Below, in pieces: positions 30,021 to 38,761 of a stretch of DNA of 64,000 nucleotides. The translations under genes were made by a program, and so were the position numbers. Source of the stretch: Candidatus Dormiibacterota bacterium (GTDB lineage Bacteria; Chloroflexota; Dormibacteria; Aeolococcales; Aeolococcaceae); assembly GCA_036521195.1 (NCBI GenBank), contig DATDID010000009.1, forward strand, positions 1,609 to 65,608. Reading direction: 5' to 3'. Numbering within the stretch: position 1 is the stretch's first letter; the number at the start of each line of letters is the position of its first letter. The notes under the pieces are model-generated. The model did no database searches. It was not told the origin of the DNA and worked only from the letters and a program-made list of their open reading frames with translations.

Positions 30021-30869
30021 ATGGCGCTCCCGGTGACCCCGTTGCTCGTCGAGGACTCGGCCGCTGCGCTCGCCGTCGACGGCTGGCAGTACACGCAGCG
30101 CCAGCTCTACTACGCAACGTGCGCGAAAGCCGAAACCCCTGCCTCCAACGCCGCTTCCAACGGCGAGATCGGTCTCGGCGTGCTGCTGATCCTCGTTGGA
30201 CTCATCCTCATCGGTATCAAGGTCGCGTTCGTGCTGTTCGTCTCGCTCGGCGTTGCGCTCGTGCTCACCGGCATCATCGGACGGCTGCGACGGCCGGTCC
30301 TCGTCGGACGCGTGCTCGCCCTCTCGTTCGATGAGTTCAAGGCCAGGTTCGGTGACCTCAGACCTGCGGGGCTCATCGATCCGGCCGCGGCGCTGCCCAC
30401 GCCCGACGCGAATGCTGCCGGCGGCACAACGATCATCTGCGACACGACCGATACGGCGAGCCTGGTCGCCGCCAACCTCGCCCACGTGGAGGTCGGCTCG
30501 GTGATGGTGGTTGCAGCGAAGGACGGCAGCGCCGACGCGCCCAACGGACGTGCGATCGTCCTGCACGACGCGTCGCCGCGCGGCTGTGCACTCGTGCTGA
30601 ATCTCCGCGACGAGGGCATCGCCGCAGAGGACGCGGGTCTCCGTCCGTCAGACGTCGACGGGCCGTCCCATCAGGTCATCGAGGGTGCGCCTGCGCGCCT
30701 GCCTCGTGACCTGAGCACGCTGTTGCGCCGCGACGAGATCGACTGGTTGCTCAGCGGCCGCAGGGTGGAGGTCGCGACGCTCACCTCGGAAGTCGCGATG
30801 GCTAGTGTGCTCGCGGCGATCAGACGGCTTGATCCGTCTCGCGGCGATGATCCGCAGCAAGCCGGCTGA
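30021..30869 (+). CDS. hypothetical membrane protein
   Basis: The ATG at 30021 avoids overlap with the mutase gene. There are two TM helices (GLGVLLILVGLILIGIKVAFVLFVSLGVALVLTGIIG) and a roughly 190-aa C-terminal soluble part. High GC3. Confidence 0.55.
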   Translation: MALPVTPLLVEDSAAALAVDGWQYTQRQLYYATCAKAETPASNAASNGEIGLGVLLILVGLILIGIKVAFVLFVSLGVALVLTGIIGRLRRPVLVGRVLALSFDEFKARFGDLRPAGLIDPAAALPTPDANAAGGTTIICDTTDTASLVAANLAHVEVGSVMVVAAKDGSADAPNGRAIVLHDASPRGCALVLNLRDEGIAAEDAGLRPSDVDGPSHQVIEGAPARLPRDLSTLLRRDEIDWLLSGRRVEVATLTSEVAMASVLAAIRRLDPSRGDDPQQAG

Positions 30870-31821
30870 GCAGCTCGGGATCGACGTCGGCGCCTGACAC
30901 GGCTGCGACCTTGCACGCAGTCTCAGCACGGAGCGTTGCGGTGCGACGGCCTTCCTCGAGGAGGGCGCGCTCACCGAGCACAGCGCCGGGACCGACCTGC
31001 GCCACCGGCGCGGCGTCGACCTCGACCGCCAGGACGCCGTCGAGCAGCACATACATCTCGTGCCCGTCGTCGCCCTGCTCGACGAGGGGCGCCCCTTGCT
31101 TGACCGTCACGATGCGTGGTTTCGCAGCGCCGCGCATCAGTCGCAACGAGAGCTCGCGCTCGAGCGCGGACTCGACCTCGGTGACGAGCGCCGGCGAGTC
31201 CTCGTCGCCCCATGGGGTGTGATCGCCGAACGCGTGCAGTGACCACCGCTTGAAATCCACCAGGCCGGACTTCTTCGCGAGATTCCGCTCGTTGTCGTAG
31301 ATCCAGTGACGTGGGAACGGGCTCGCACCGATGACGTCGTGTGTGGACCTGCCGTCAGCGAAGATCGTGAGCGTCAGCGTCGTCCATGCAAGTGGCGCCA
31401 CGAGCTGGACGAACGGAGGGTGACTCACCCTGCGCGGCGCCGGGACACCCGTGCGTCCACCAGCCGTTTGCGTGAAGCGCACCCAGCCTTCGCCCGCGAC
31501 CGCCTGCGGACGCCGGTCGGGAAACGCGACTGCGGCAAAGGTCATCCCGCGGCCACCGAGCCTGAGCGTGGTGGCGCCGATCTGGCCGCCGCCGTCCTGT
31601 CCGAAGTCCGTGATGCGCCCGTCTTCCACCTCGATCCATGCCGTCAGTTCGTTGGCGAAACGGAACCGATCGGCGTCGCGAAGCGCATCGAGCGAGTCGA
31701 TGTGGTCCGGGGGCGGGTCGTCGTAATGGGCGACGCCCATCTCGAACGGCATCTTGGTGACCCCTTCGATCGCCTCCGAGGGGATCCACGAAATCGACGT
31801 GACCGATGACTGGATGCGCAT
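30820..31821 (-). CDS. cyclic nucleotide-binding domain protein with an uncharacterised N-terminal domain
   Basis: The C-terminus VKQGAPLVEQGDDGHEMYVLLDGVLAVEV...GPGAVLGERALLEEGRRTATLRA is a CAP-type cNMP-binding fold. I do not recognise the roughly 200 N-terminal residues. Confidence 0.8.
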   Translation of the reverse strand: MRIQSSVTSISWIPSEAIEGVTKMPFEMGVAHYDDPPPDHIDSLDALRDADRFRFANELTAWIEVEDGRITDFGQDGGGQIGATTLRLGGRGMTFAAVAFPDRRPQAVAGEGWVRFTQTAGGRTGVPAPRRVSHPPFVQLVAPLAWTTLTLTIFADGRSTHDVIGASPFPRHWIYDNERNLAKKSGLVDFKRWSLHAFGDHTPWGDEDSPALVTEVESALERELSLRLMRGAAKPRIVTVKQGAPLVEQGDDGHEMYVLLDGVLAVEVDAAPVAQVGPGAVLGERALLEEGRRTATLRAETACKVAAVSGADVDPELLSRLAADHRRETDQAV

Positions 31822-31967
31822 GTTGGTCCTCCGTGGTCGTGATCATGGCGCGCGCTGCTGATCGGCGTCGAGGGTGCGTGGACCACGGCTGACGGTGAGG
31901 GCCGCCCCCCGCAGACCGTGGTGGCAGCCCCATTTCCTTCCGCGCCGCGCTCACTAGAGTGGGCGCC

Positions 31968-33284
31968 ATGCCTTCGGAGCCGATGATCCGCGTCGTCCTC
32001 GCCGACGACAATCTCATCGTCCGCGAAGGCGTGAGGGCACTGCTGTCCATAGCCGGGGATCTCGAGGTCGTCGCCGTTGCGGGTGATTACGACGAACTCC
32101 TTGCGGGAGCCGCGGAGCATGTGCCGCAGGTGGTGGTGACCGACATCCGGATGCCACCGGACTTCACCGACGAAGGGATTCGGGCCGCACGGATCGTGCG
32201 CATGCGCAATCCCGGGACCGGGGTGGTGATCCTGTCGCAGTACGACGAGCCCGAGTACGCGATCTCCCTGCTCAGTGAAGGCGCCGCCGGTTACGCGTAT
32301 CTCCTCAAGGATCGCGTCGGCGACGGCGATCAGCTTGCACGCGCCGTGCGGGAGGTCAGCACCGGTGGTTCGATGCTCGACCCGCGCATCGTCGACGCAC
32401 TGACGAGACCCGTCAGTGAGGGAGGCGGCCTGACCGACGTCGAGGAACGCCTGCTGCGGATGGTCGCCGAGGGCAAGCCCGTCAAGGCGATCGCGGCGTC
32501 ACTGCACACGACACCGACGTCGGTTGGCGACGACGTCGAGCAACTGTTCCTGAAGCTCGCGCAGCAGGCGAGTGCCGGCACCCAGGGTGCGCTCGATCGG
32601 TTGCGGTTGCTGCACAAGGTGATCATCGATCGCGAGGAGCAGGGCGAGAGTCTCAGTCGCATGCTGCCCGGCGGGATTGCGCAGCAGATGCGCGAGCACG
32701 GCATCGAGGCAGGCAGAACCGAACGGCTCACCGTGACGGTGCTCATGTCCGATATCCGAGCGTATTCCACCATCGCCGAGCAATCGGATCCATCGATCCT
32801 CGCCGGCCAGCTGAACGAACATCGTGCCGCCATGAACCACGCGCTGCTCCGTGAGGGCGGCACCGTCATGCAGTTCGTCGGTGATGCGGTCATGGCTGTC
32901 TTCGGTGCCCCACTCCTGCAGCCGGACCACGCGCAGCGTTCGCTTGCCGCAGCGCTCGCGATGCATGCTGCGCAAGCACACGTCAACGAGGAGTGGGCTG
33001 TGCGCGGGCTGCCGCCGTTCCACATCGGCATCGGCCTGTCCACCGGAGACGTTGCCGCTGCGCTCCTCGGGTCGGAGGAGCGTCTCGAGTACTCGGTGGT
33101 CGGCGACGCGGTGAACCTCGCGCAACGCCTGCAACAGTGGGGCGACGGCGGACAAACGGTGCTGAGTGAACCGACGTACGAGGCGTTGATCCAGAAGCCT
33201 GATGCGGAGCGCATCGAGCCGGCGCTCGTCAAGGGTCGTCACACCCCGGTTGGCGCGTATCGCATCGGCGCGGTGGTGGCATGA
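31968..33284 (+). CDS. response regulator fused to a LuxR-type HTH and a class III adenylate/guanylate cyclase domain
   Basis: REC: IRVVLADDN...VVTDIRMPP. HTH: LTDVEERLLRMVAEGKPVKAIAASLHTTPTSVGDDVEQLFLKL. Cyclase: VLMSDIRAYS, FVGDAVMAVFGAP, YSVVGDAVNLAQRLQ. A GTG at 31959 is also possible. Confidence 0.85.
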   Translation: MPSEPMIRVVLADDNLIVREGVRALLSIAGDLEVVAVAGDYDELLAGAAEHVPQVVVTDIRMPPDFTDEGIRAARIVRMRNPGTGVVILSQYDEPEYAISLLSEGAAGYAYLLKDRVGDGDQLARAVREVSTGGSMLDPRIVDALTRPVSEGGGLTDVEERLLRMVAEGKPVKAIAASLHTTPTSVGDDVEQLFLKLAQQASAGTQGALDRLRLLHKVIIDREEQGESLSRMLPGGIAQQMREHGIEAGRTERLTVTVLMSDIRAYSTIAEQSDPSILAGQLNEHRAAMNHALLREGGTVMQFVGDAVMAVFGAPLLQPDHAQRSLAAALAMHAAQAHVNEEWAVRGLPPFHIGIGLSTGDVAAALLGSEERLEYSVVGDAVNLAQRLQQWGDGGQTVLSEPTYEALIQKPDAERIEPALVKGRHTPVGAYRIGAVVA

Positions 33285-35398
33285 CGTCGCAGCCTGCAGC
33301 ACGGCGCGACGTCTGGCTGGCCTGGGTGATCGGTGCGCTGTGTCTGCCGATGCTCATTGGCAGCGTCGTCCTGCTTGTCCTGGACTGGAACGTCATCGAC
33401 GCGCCGGCCACGTCCCAACTGCCGTATCTGGTTGCGGCACCCATCACCGGCATCCTCGGTGTGTTGATCGCGACACGCCGTCCGCGCAACCCAACGGGGT
33501 GGCTGCTGCTTGGAATCGGCGCGAGCAACGTCGTGTCGACCACGGGCGGATTGGCCGCTGTGCGAGGGCTTGCGAGCGGCGCTGTTCCTTCGGGCTGGGT
33601 TGCGTGGTCTGCGTTTGTCTTCACCAACGTCGGTTCGGTTGGCGCGCTGCTCGTTGCGGCACTGATCCTCGTGTTTCCCGACGGTCACCTCCTGCCGGGT
33701 CCGCGCTGGCGGTGGGCGACGGTGGTGGTTTCGCTCGCCGTCGCGGTGGGACTCGCGGCGTCGATCGTTGCGCCTGCGCCGCTGCAACTCAGTCCGAACC
33801 TGCCAAGTGTCCCCAACCCCGTCGGGATCGGTGCGCTCAACAGTCTGACGAGCAACGGGAGCCCCATCGAGCTGGGGATCCTGTTCATGCTTCTCCTCGT
33901 TCTTGCTGCGGCGGCGGTGCGGCTCCGGCGGTCACGTGGCATCGAGCGGAGTCAGATGCGCTGGTTCGCCTACGTCGCAGCGGCGTCGGTGGCGGTCATC
34001 GTCGTCGGGTTCTTCGTGGTGAACGCCAACGCAGATCTCGGGAACAACATCAGTGACCTCGGGTTCGGCTTCGGCTTCTATCTGCTCGTTCCAGCGACCA
34101 TCGGTGTCGCGGTGATGAGGTACGGCCTGTACGACATCGATGTCTTCATCAGTCGAACGCTCGTGTACGGTTCGCTTGCGGTGTTCATCACAGCCGTGTA
34201 CGTGGGCATCGCAGTTGGAATCGGAACGCTGGTGGGCAGTGGCGGCAAGCCGAATCTCGCGCTGTCGATCCTCGCGACGGCGATCGTGGCGATCGGGTTC
34301 CAGCCCGTGCGCGAACGCGTCCAGAGGATAGCCAACCGGCTCGTGTATGGGAAGCGGGCGACGCCGTATGAGGTGTTGAGTGAATTCTCAGGCCGCGTTG
34401 CGGAGACGTATGCCGCCGATGAGGTGCTGCCGCGCATGGCTCGAGTGCTGCGGGAAGGGACCGGTGCGGAATCCGCGACCGTATGGCTGCGCGGCGCCCT
34501 GGAACTTCGGCCCGCAGCGACCTATCCCGACCAGACGATCGCCCGCGATTCGTTGCCCATGAGCAACGGATCACTCCCCACAATGCCGGATTCGTCGCGC
34601 GTGGTCGAGGTGCGCCATCAGGGCGAGCTGCTCGGCGCGTTGAGCGTGACGAAGCGCCGTGGTGAAACGCTGACGCCGATCGAGGACAAGCTCGTTGACG
34701 ACCTGGCGCACCAGGCGGGCCTCGTGCTCAAGAACGTCGGATTGAGCGCAGATCTGCAGGCGCGGCTTGACGAGCTGCGCGCGTCACGGCAGCGACTCGT
34801 CCACGCGCAGGACCTCGAGCGCCGCCGCCTCGAACGGAACCTCCATGACGGTGCGCAGCAGCACCTCGTGGCGCTCAAGGTGAAGCTTGGACTTGCGGAG
34901 ATGTTTCTCACTCGTGACCCGGAGAAGGCAACGGCGGCACTCGTGCAACTCAAGCACGACGCCGACGAAGCCCTCGAGACGCTGCGCGACCTGGCCCGCG
35001 GCATCTACCCACCGCTGCTCGCTGACAAAGGTCTTGTCGTCGCGCTGGAGTCGCAGGCACGGAAAGCGACCGTACCGGTGAGCTTCGACGCCGACGGTGT
35101 ATCCCGCTATTCGCAGGACGTCGAGGCGACTGTGTACTTCTGCGTGCTCGAGGCCCTGCAGAACGTGCAGAAATATGCGCACGCTACGCGTGCGGTGGTG
35201 CGCATCCACGCCGACGCCGACCTCGTCACCTTCGACGTCACCGATGACGGCGAAGGCTTCGATGTGGCGGTGGCCAGGAAAGGTGCCGGCCTCACCAACA
35301 TGAACGACCGTCTCGATGCGCTCGGGGGGCGCGTCCGGGTGACCTCCGAGATCGGTCGCGGCACCACGGTTCGCGCGGAGGTACCGGTGACGCTGTGA
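33281..35398 (+). CDS. sensor histidine kinase (polytopic sensor, HisKA_3 type), paralog 1
   Basis: A multi-TM N-terminus, RNLHDGAQQHLVALKVKL (HisKA_3 H-box), and HATPase motifs LEALQNVQKYA and DDGEGF...GAGLTNM. ATGA overlap with the upstream regulator. Confidence 0.9.
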   Translation: MTSQPAARRDVWLAWVIGALCLPMLIGSVVLLVLDWNVIDAPATSQLPYLVAAPITGILGVLIATRRPRNPTGWLLLGIGASNVVSTTGGLAAVRGLASGAVPSGWVAWSAFVFTNVGSVGALLVAALILVFPDGHLLPGPRWRWATVVVSLAVAVGLAASIVAPAPLQLSPNLPSVPNPVGIGALNSLTSNGSPIELGILFMLLLVLAAAAVRLRRSRGIERSQMRWFAYVAAASVAVIVVGFFVVNANADLGNNISDLGFGFGFYLLVPATIGVAVMRYGLYDIDVFISRTLVYGSLAVFITAVYVGIAVGIGTLVGSGGKPNLALSILATAIVAIGFQPVRERVQRIANRLVYGKRATPYEVLSEFSGRVAETYAADEVLPRMARVLREGTGAESATVWLRGALELRPAATYPDQTIARDSLPMSNGSLPTMPDSSRVVEVRHQGELLGALSVTKRRGETLTPIEDKLVDDLAHQAGLVLKNVGLSADLQARLDELRASRQRLVHAQDLERRRLERNLHDGAQQHLVALKVKLGLAEMFLTRDPEKATAALVQLKHDADEALETLRDLARGIYPPLLADKGLVVALESQARKATVPVSFDADGVSRYSQDVEATVYFCVLEALQNVQKYAHATRAVVRIHADADLVTFDVTDDGEGFDVAVARKGAGLTNMNDRLDALGGRVRVTSEIGRGTTVRAEVPVTL
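34148..35398 (+). repeat. paralogous roughly 1.25-kb segment, copy 1 (kinase C-terminal two-thirds)
   Basis: From ISRTLVYG to the stop, the protein aligns without gaps by eye to 36325..37593. Long identical peptide runs occur, for example GSGGKPNLALSI and RLVYGKRATPYEVLSEFSGRVAETYAADEVLPRMARVL. Confidence 0.8.
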
Positions 35399-37593
35399 TC
35401 GCGGCACCAGCAGCCGACGCTCTTCGGCATCGCTCGCGCTTGACTGCTCCTGCCGTTGCCTGGGCGCTCGCGGTGATAGCGCTCGCCTTTTTCATCACCG
35501 ACGCGGCGGTGTACTTCTCGCCGCTCACGCCGCCGGCACTGTTCAAAGCCGGCGGTGGTGCGATCAGCGCCTTCTGGCTCTTTCCGTACGCATCGATCAT
35601 CCCGGTGGGATTGCTCATCGCGCTGCGCAGGCCTGCGAATGGCATCGGATGGCTGATGCTCGTCGCCGTGATGCTCCTCGGAGCCGGAGCAGCCGCTGCG
35701 CTGGTGGGATCCATTCTCGCGCAATCACACAACAGGATCGGCGACCCCATCCTTCTCTTCTCGGCGCTGTGGAACGCGACCGGAGGTGGCGTTCTCGCGC
35801 TGCTGCTTGTGATGCTGCTGATCTTTCCGGATGGCCATCTGCCGTCGAAGCGATGGCGATGGCTTTTGTACTCAATCCTTTCCTTCGCCGTCATCGGGCT
35901 GGTCCTCGTCATCGTCAGTCCGATTCCAGGCACGCTCGGTGAGACAACGACTCCCCAGCCTGGAGTCGTGCTCCCGGTCAGCATGCTTGCGATCAAGGGG
36001 ATCGCTGGGATTGTCACCGCGTTCTCGAATGTTGTCGGCGTCGTCTTCACGTTGGAGGCTGCTGCTGTCCTTGTCTCGATCTTCCTGCGGATGCGCGGCG
36101 CCGACGCCGATCGCCGGCAGCAGGTCAAGTGGGTCGCCTTTGCCGGAGTGATCACGCTGACGATCGTCTTCGTGCTCAACGGGATTCCTGTCGGCAACTC
36201 CGGCGAGCCCCCGCCTCTGTACTTCGTCATCGCCGGACCGCTGCTCATCCTCGCCGGCGTCGCCATACCCGGAGCGATCGGGATTGCCGTGTTGAAGTAC
36301 CAGCTGTACGACATCGACGTTCTCATCAGCCGCACGCTCGTGTACGGCGTGCTGGCCGCTTTCATCACCGCGGTCTACGTGGGCATTGCGGTTGGGGTGG
36401 GCACGCTAGTGGGGAGCGGTGGCAAGCCGAATCTCGCGTTGTCCATCGTCGCCACCGCCATCGTGGCGGTCGGATTCCAGCCGGTTCGTGAGCGCGTGCA
36501 GAGAGTCGCGAATCGGCTCGTCTACGGGAAGCGAGCAACGCCGTACGAAGTCCTCAGCGAGTTCTCCGGACGCGTGGCGGAGACATACGCCGCCGACGAG
36601 GTGCTCCCGCGAATGGCACGGGTCCTGCAGGAGGGAACGGGTGCGGAATCGGCGACCGTGTGGCTGCGTGGAAGCGCCGAACTGCGGCCTGCGGCAACGT
36701 ATCCGGACGGGACTGAAATCCACGAGCCGCTGCCGATGAGCAACGGATCACCGCCCCTGCTGCCGGATACGACCCGGGCTGTGGAAGTTCGCCACCAGGG
36801 GGAATTGCTCGGTGCGTTGAGCGTCAGCAAGCGCAGAGGCGAAGCGTTGACACCGATCGAGGACAAGCTCATCGATGACCTCGCGCTCCAGGCGGGACTG
36901 GTACTCAAGAATGTCGGGCTCAGCGCAGATCTGCAGCTGCGCCTCGATGAGCTGCGTGCGTCGCGACAGCGACTCGTGCACGCCCAGGATCTGGAACGCC
37001 GGCGTTTGGAACGCAATCTCCATGACGGTGCGCAGCAGCATCTCGTTGCGCTGAAGGTGAAGCTGGGGCTGGTAGAGATGCTCCTCGGCCGCGACCCAGC
37101 GAAGGCGGCGGCAACGCTGGGACAGCTCAAGGGTGACGCAGACGAGGCGCTCGAAACCTTGCGTGATCTGGCACGTGGGATCTACCCGCCGCTGCTTGCG
37201 GACAAAGGACTCGTCGTCGCGCTGGAATCGCAGGCTCGCAAGGCGACGGTGCCAGTCAGCGTTGAAGCCGGAGCGGTGACACGCTACTCGCAGGATGTCG
37301 AGGCGACTGTGTATTTCTGCGTCCTCGAGGCGCTGCAGAACGTGCAGAAATACGCGGGCGCGACGCAGGTCGTTGTCCGTCTTTCGGCCGGCAATGGGAC
37401 GCTGGCCTTCAGCGTCCTCGATGACGGTGCAGGCTTCGACCCAGCAGTCGCGAAAAAGGGCGCGGGCCTCACCAACATGGCCGACCGTATCGACGCACTC
37501 AACGGCAGCGTCCTGGTCACATCACATCTCGGCGCCGGCACAACGGTGCATGGCGAGCTGCCTGCCGTGTCTCGCGACCCGGTCGAGGTCTGA
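35395..37593 (+). CDS. sensor histidine kinase (polytopic sensor, HisKA_3 type), paralog 2
   Basis: Same cytoplasmic architecture as paralog 1 with a different N-terminal TM sensor region. GTGA overlap with paralog 1. Confidence 0.9.
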   Translation: MIAAPAADALRHRSRLTAPAVAWALAVIALAFFITDAAVYFSPLTPPALFKAGGGAISAFWLFPYASIIPVGLLIALRRPANGIGWLMLVAVMLLGAGAAAALVGSILAQSHNRIGDPILLFSALWNATGGGVLALLLVMLLIFPDGHLPSKRWRWLLYSILSFAVIGLVLVIVSPIPGTLGETTTPQPGVVLPVSMLAIKGIAGIVTAFSNVVGVVFTLEAAAVLVSIFLRMRGADADRRQQVKWVAFAGVITLTIVFVLNGIPVGNSGEPPPLYFVIAGPLLILAGVAIPGAIGIAVLKYQLYDIDVLISRTLVYGVLAAFITAVYVGIAVGVGTLVGSGGKPNLALSIVATAIVAVGFQPVRERVQRVANRLVYGKRATPYEVLSEFSGRVAETYAADEVLPRMARVLQEGTGAESATVWLRGSAELRPAATYPDGTEIHEPLPMSNGSPPLLPDTTRAVEVRHQGELLGALSVSKRRGEALTPIEDKLIDDLALQAGLVLKNVGLSADLQLRLDELRASRQRLVHAQDLERRRLERNLHDGAQQHLVALKVKLGLVEMLLGRDPAKAAATLGQLKGDADEALETLRDLARGIYPPLLADKGLVVALESQARKATVPVSVEAGAVTRYSQDVEATVYFCVLEALQNVQKYAGATQVVVRLSAGNGTLAFSVLDDGAGFDPAVAKKGAGLTNMADRIDALNGSVLVTSHLGAGTTVHGELPAVSRDPVEV
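36325..37593 (+). repeat. paralogous roughly 1.25-kb segment, copy 2
   Basis: Counterpart of 34148..35398. The DNA differs at many synonymous positions while the protein is largely conserved. Confidence 0.8.
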
Positions 37594-37599
37594 AGCGTC

Positions 37600-37980
37600 C
37601 TACGCGGACGACGCGGCGTCCCAGGCCTCGATGAGACGGTCCGGACTGAACTCCGACTTGGAGATGAACCCCGCCGCGCCTGCTTCAGCGGCGCGCGGTC
37701 CGTACTCATCGGCCTCATAGGTCGACAACACAAGCACCACCACGGGCTTGCCCGAATCCACCTCGGAGAGGATCTCCCTGGTCGCATCGAGACCACTGAT
37801 CCCCGGCAGATTCACGTCCATGAGCACCAGATCGGGACGGAGCTCACGCGCCGACTTCACCGAGTCCTCGCCGGTCTCGACCTCACCCACGACCTCGAAT
37901 CCGTCGGTGAGCTCGACGACCGTGCGGGCCACGTCGCGAAACGGCGCTTGATCGTCGACGATCAACACCCGTACGCTCAT
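37600..37980 (-). CDS. single-domain (CheY-like) response regulator
   Basis: 126 aa: VLIVDDQAPFR, DLVLMDVNLPGISG and GFISKSEF. No output domain. Confidence 0.88.
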   Translation of the reverse strand: MSVRVLIVDDQAPFRDVARTVVELTDGFEVVGEVETGEDSVKSARELRPDLVLMDVNLPGISGLDATREILSEVDSGKPVVVLVLSTYEADEYGPRAAEAGAAGFISKSEFSPDRLIEAWDAASSA

Positions 37981-38082
37981 GTCAGGTCTCGCATGCTGCC
38001 ACGGTATCCCGACAGCGTCGCCGGGGCAACCCTGCAGCCATCACTCGTCGGGTGATGCAGGCACCCTGGCAACCGGCTCGCC

Positions 38083-38088
38083 TATCCT
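38083..38088 (+). promoter_or_regulatory. candidate -10 element (TATCCT, TANNNT type) positioned for a leaderless transcript
   Basis: TATCCT is followed by 6 nt and then the GTG start at 38095. There is no SD in between. Confidence 0.3.
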
Positions 38089-38094
38089 CACGTC

Positions 38095-38760
38095 GTGCCG
38101 ATTCGTGTGGTCCTCGCGGAGGACAACTACCTGCTCCGTGAAGGCATTCGCCAGCTGCTCGAGACTTCCGGCGAGATCGACTTGCTCGCGTCGTGCGCCG
38201 ACCTTCCCGAGCTCGAGCACGCGATCGAGGAGCACAGCCCGGCGGTGGTCATCACCGACATCCGCATGCCACCGACCGGCACCGATGAAGGATTGCGCGC
38301 CGCGGAGCGACTCCGAACTGAGCGACCCGAGGTCGGCGTGGTCGTGCTCAGCCAGTACGCCGAACCCGAATACGCGCTCGCGTTGCTGGAGAAGGGTGCG
38401 AGCGGTCGCGCCTATCTCCTCAAGGAGCGTGTCTCCGACATCGACCAGCTCGTCGGTGCGGTGCGTGAGGTTGCGCGTGGTGGTTCGGTGATCGACCCGC
38501 GCGTTGTCGAAGTGCTGGTCGCCGCGCGGAGTGCCGCGCGCAATTCGCCGATCGCGCAGTTGACACGACGCGAGCTCGACGTCCTGCAACAGGTCGCGAT
38601 GGGACGGAACAACGCCGGCATCGCTGCCGCCCTGTTTCTCACGGAGCGCGCGGTCGAGAAGCACATCAACGCGATCTTCTCCAAGCTCGATCTGTCCGAG
38701 GAGCCCGACGTGCACCGGCGAGTGAAAGCGGCGCTCGTCTACCTCGCCGCGCAGCCGTAG
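38095..38760 (+). CDS. NarL/LuxR-family response regulator
   Basis: IRVVLAEDNYLLREG, VVITDIRMPP, and HTH LTRRELDVLQQVAMGRNNAGIAAALFLTERAVEKHINAIFSKL. Confidence 0.9.
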   Translation: MPIRVVLAEDNYLLREGIRQLLETSGEIDLLASCADLPELEHAIEEHSPAVVITDIRMPPTGTDEGLRAAERLRTERPEVGVVVLSQYAEPEYALALLEKGASGRAYLLKERVSDIDQLVGAVREVARGGSVIDPRVVEVLVAARSAARNSPIAQLTRRELDVLQQVAMGRNNAGIAAALFLTERAVEKHINAIFSKLDLSEEPDVHRRVKAALVYLAAQP

Positions 38761-38761
38761 G

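Noticed and set aside
30021-30869. A possible Spo11/TopoVI-A-like protein, suggested by QRQLYY near the N-terminus and VLHDASPRG resembling a Toprim DxDxxG.
   Set aside because: The two elements are separated by two transmembrane helices. The acidic Toprim residues are not intact. The matches are only a few residues long, which is too weak to call.
38039-38057. The inverted repeat catcac-n7-gtgatg between the divergent response-regulator genes, as a possible operator.
   Set aside because: The arms are only 6 bp and could easily arise by chance in this composition. It is noted but not called as a feature.
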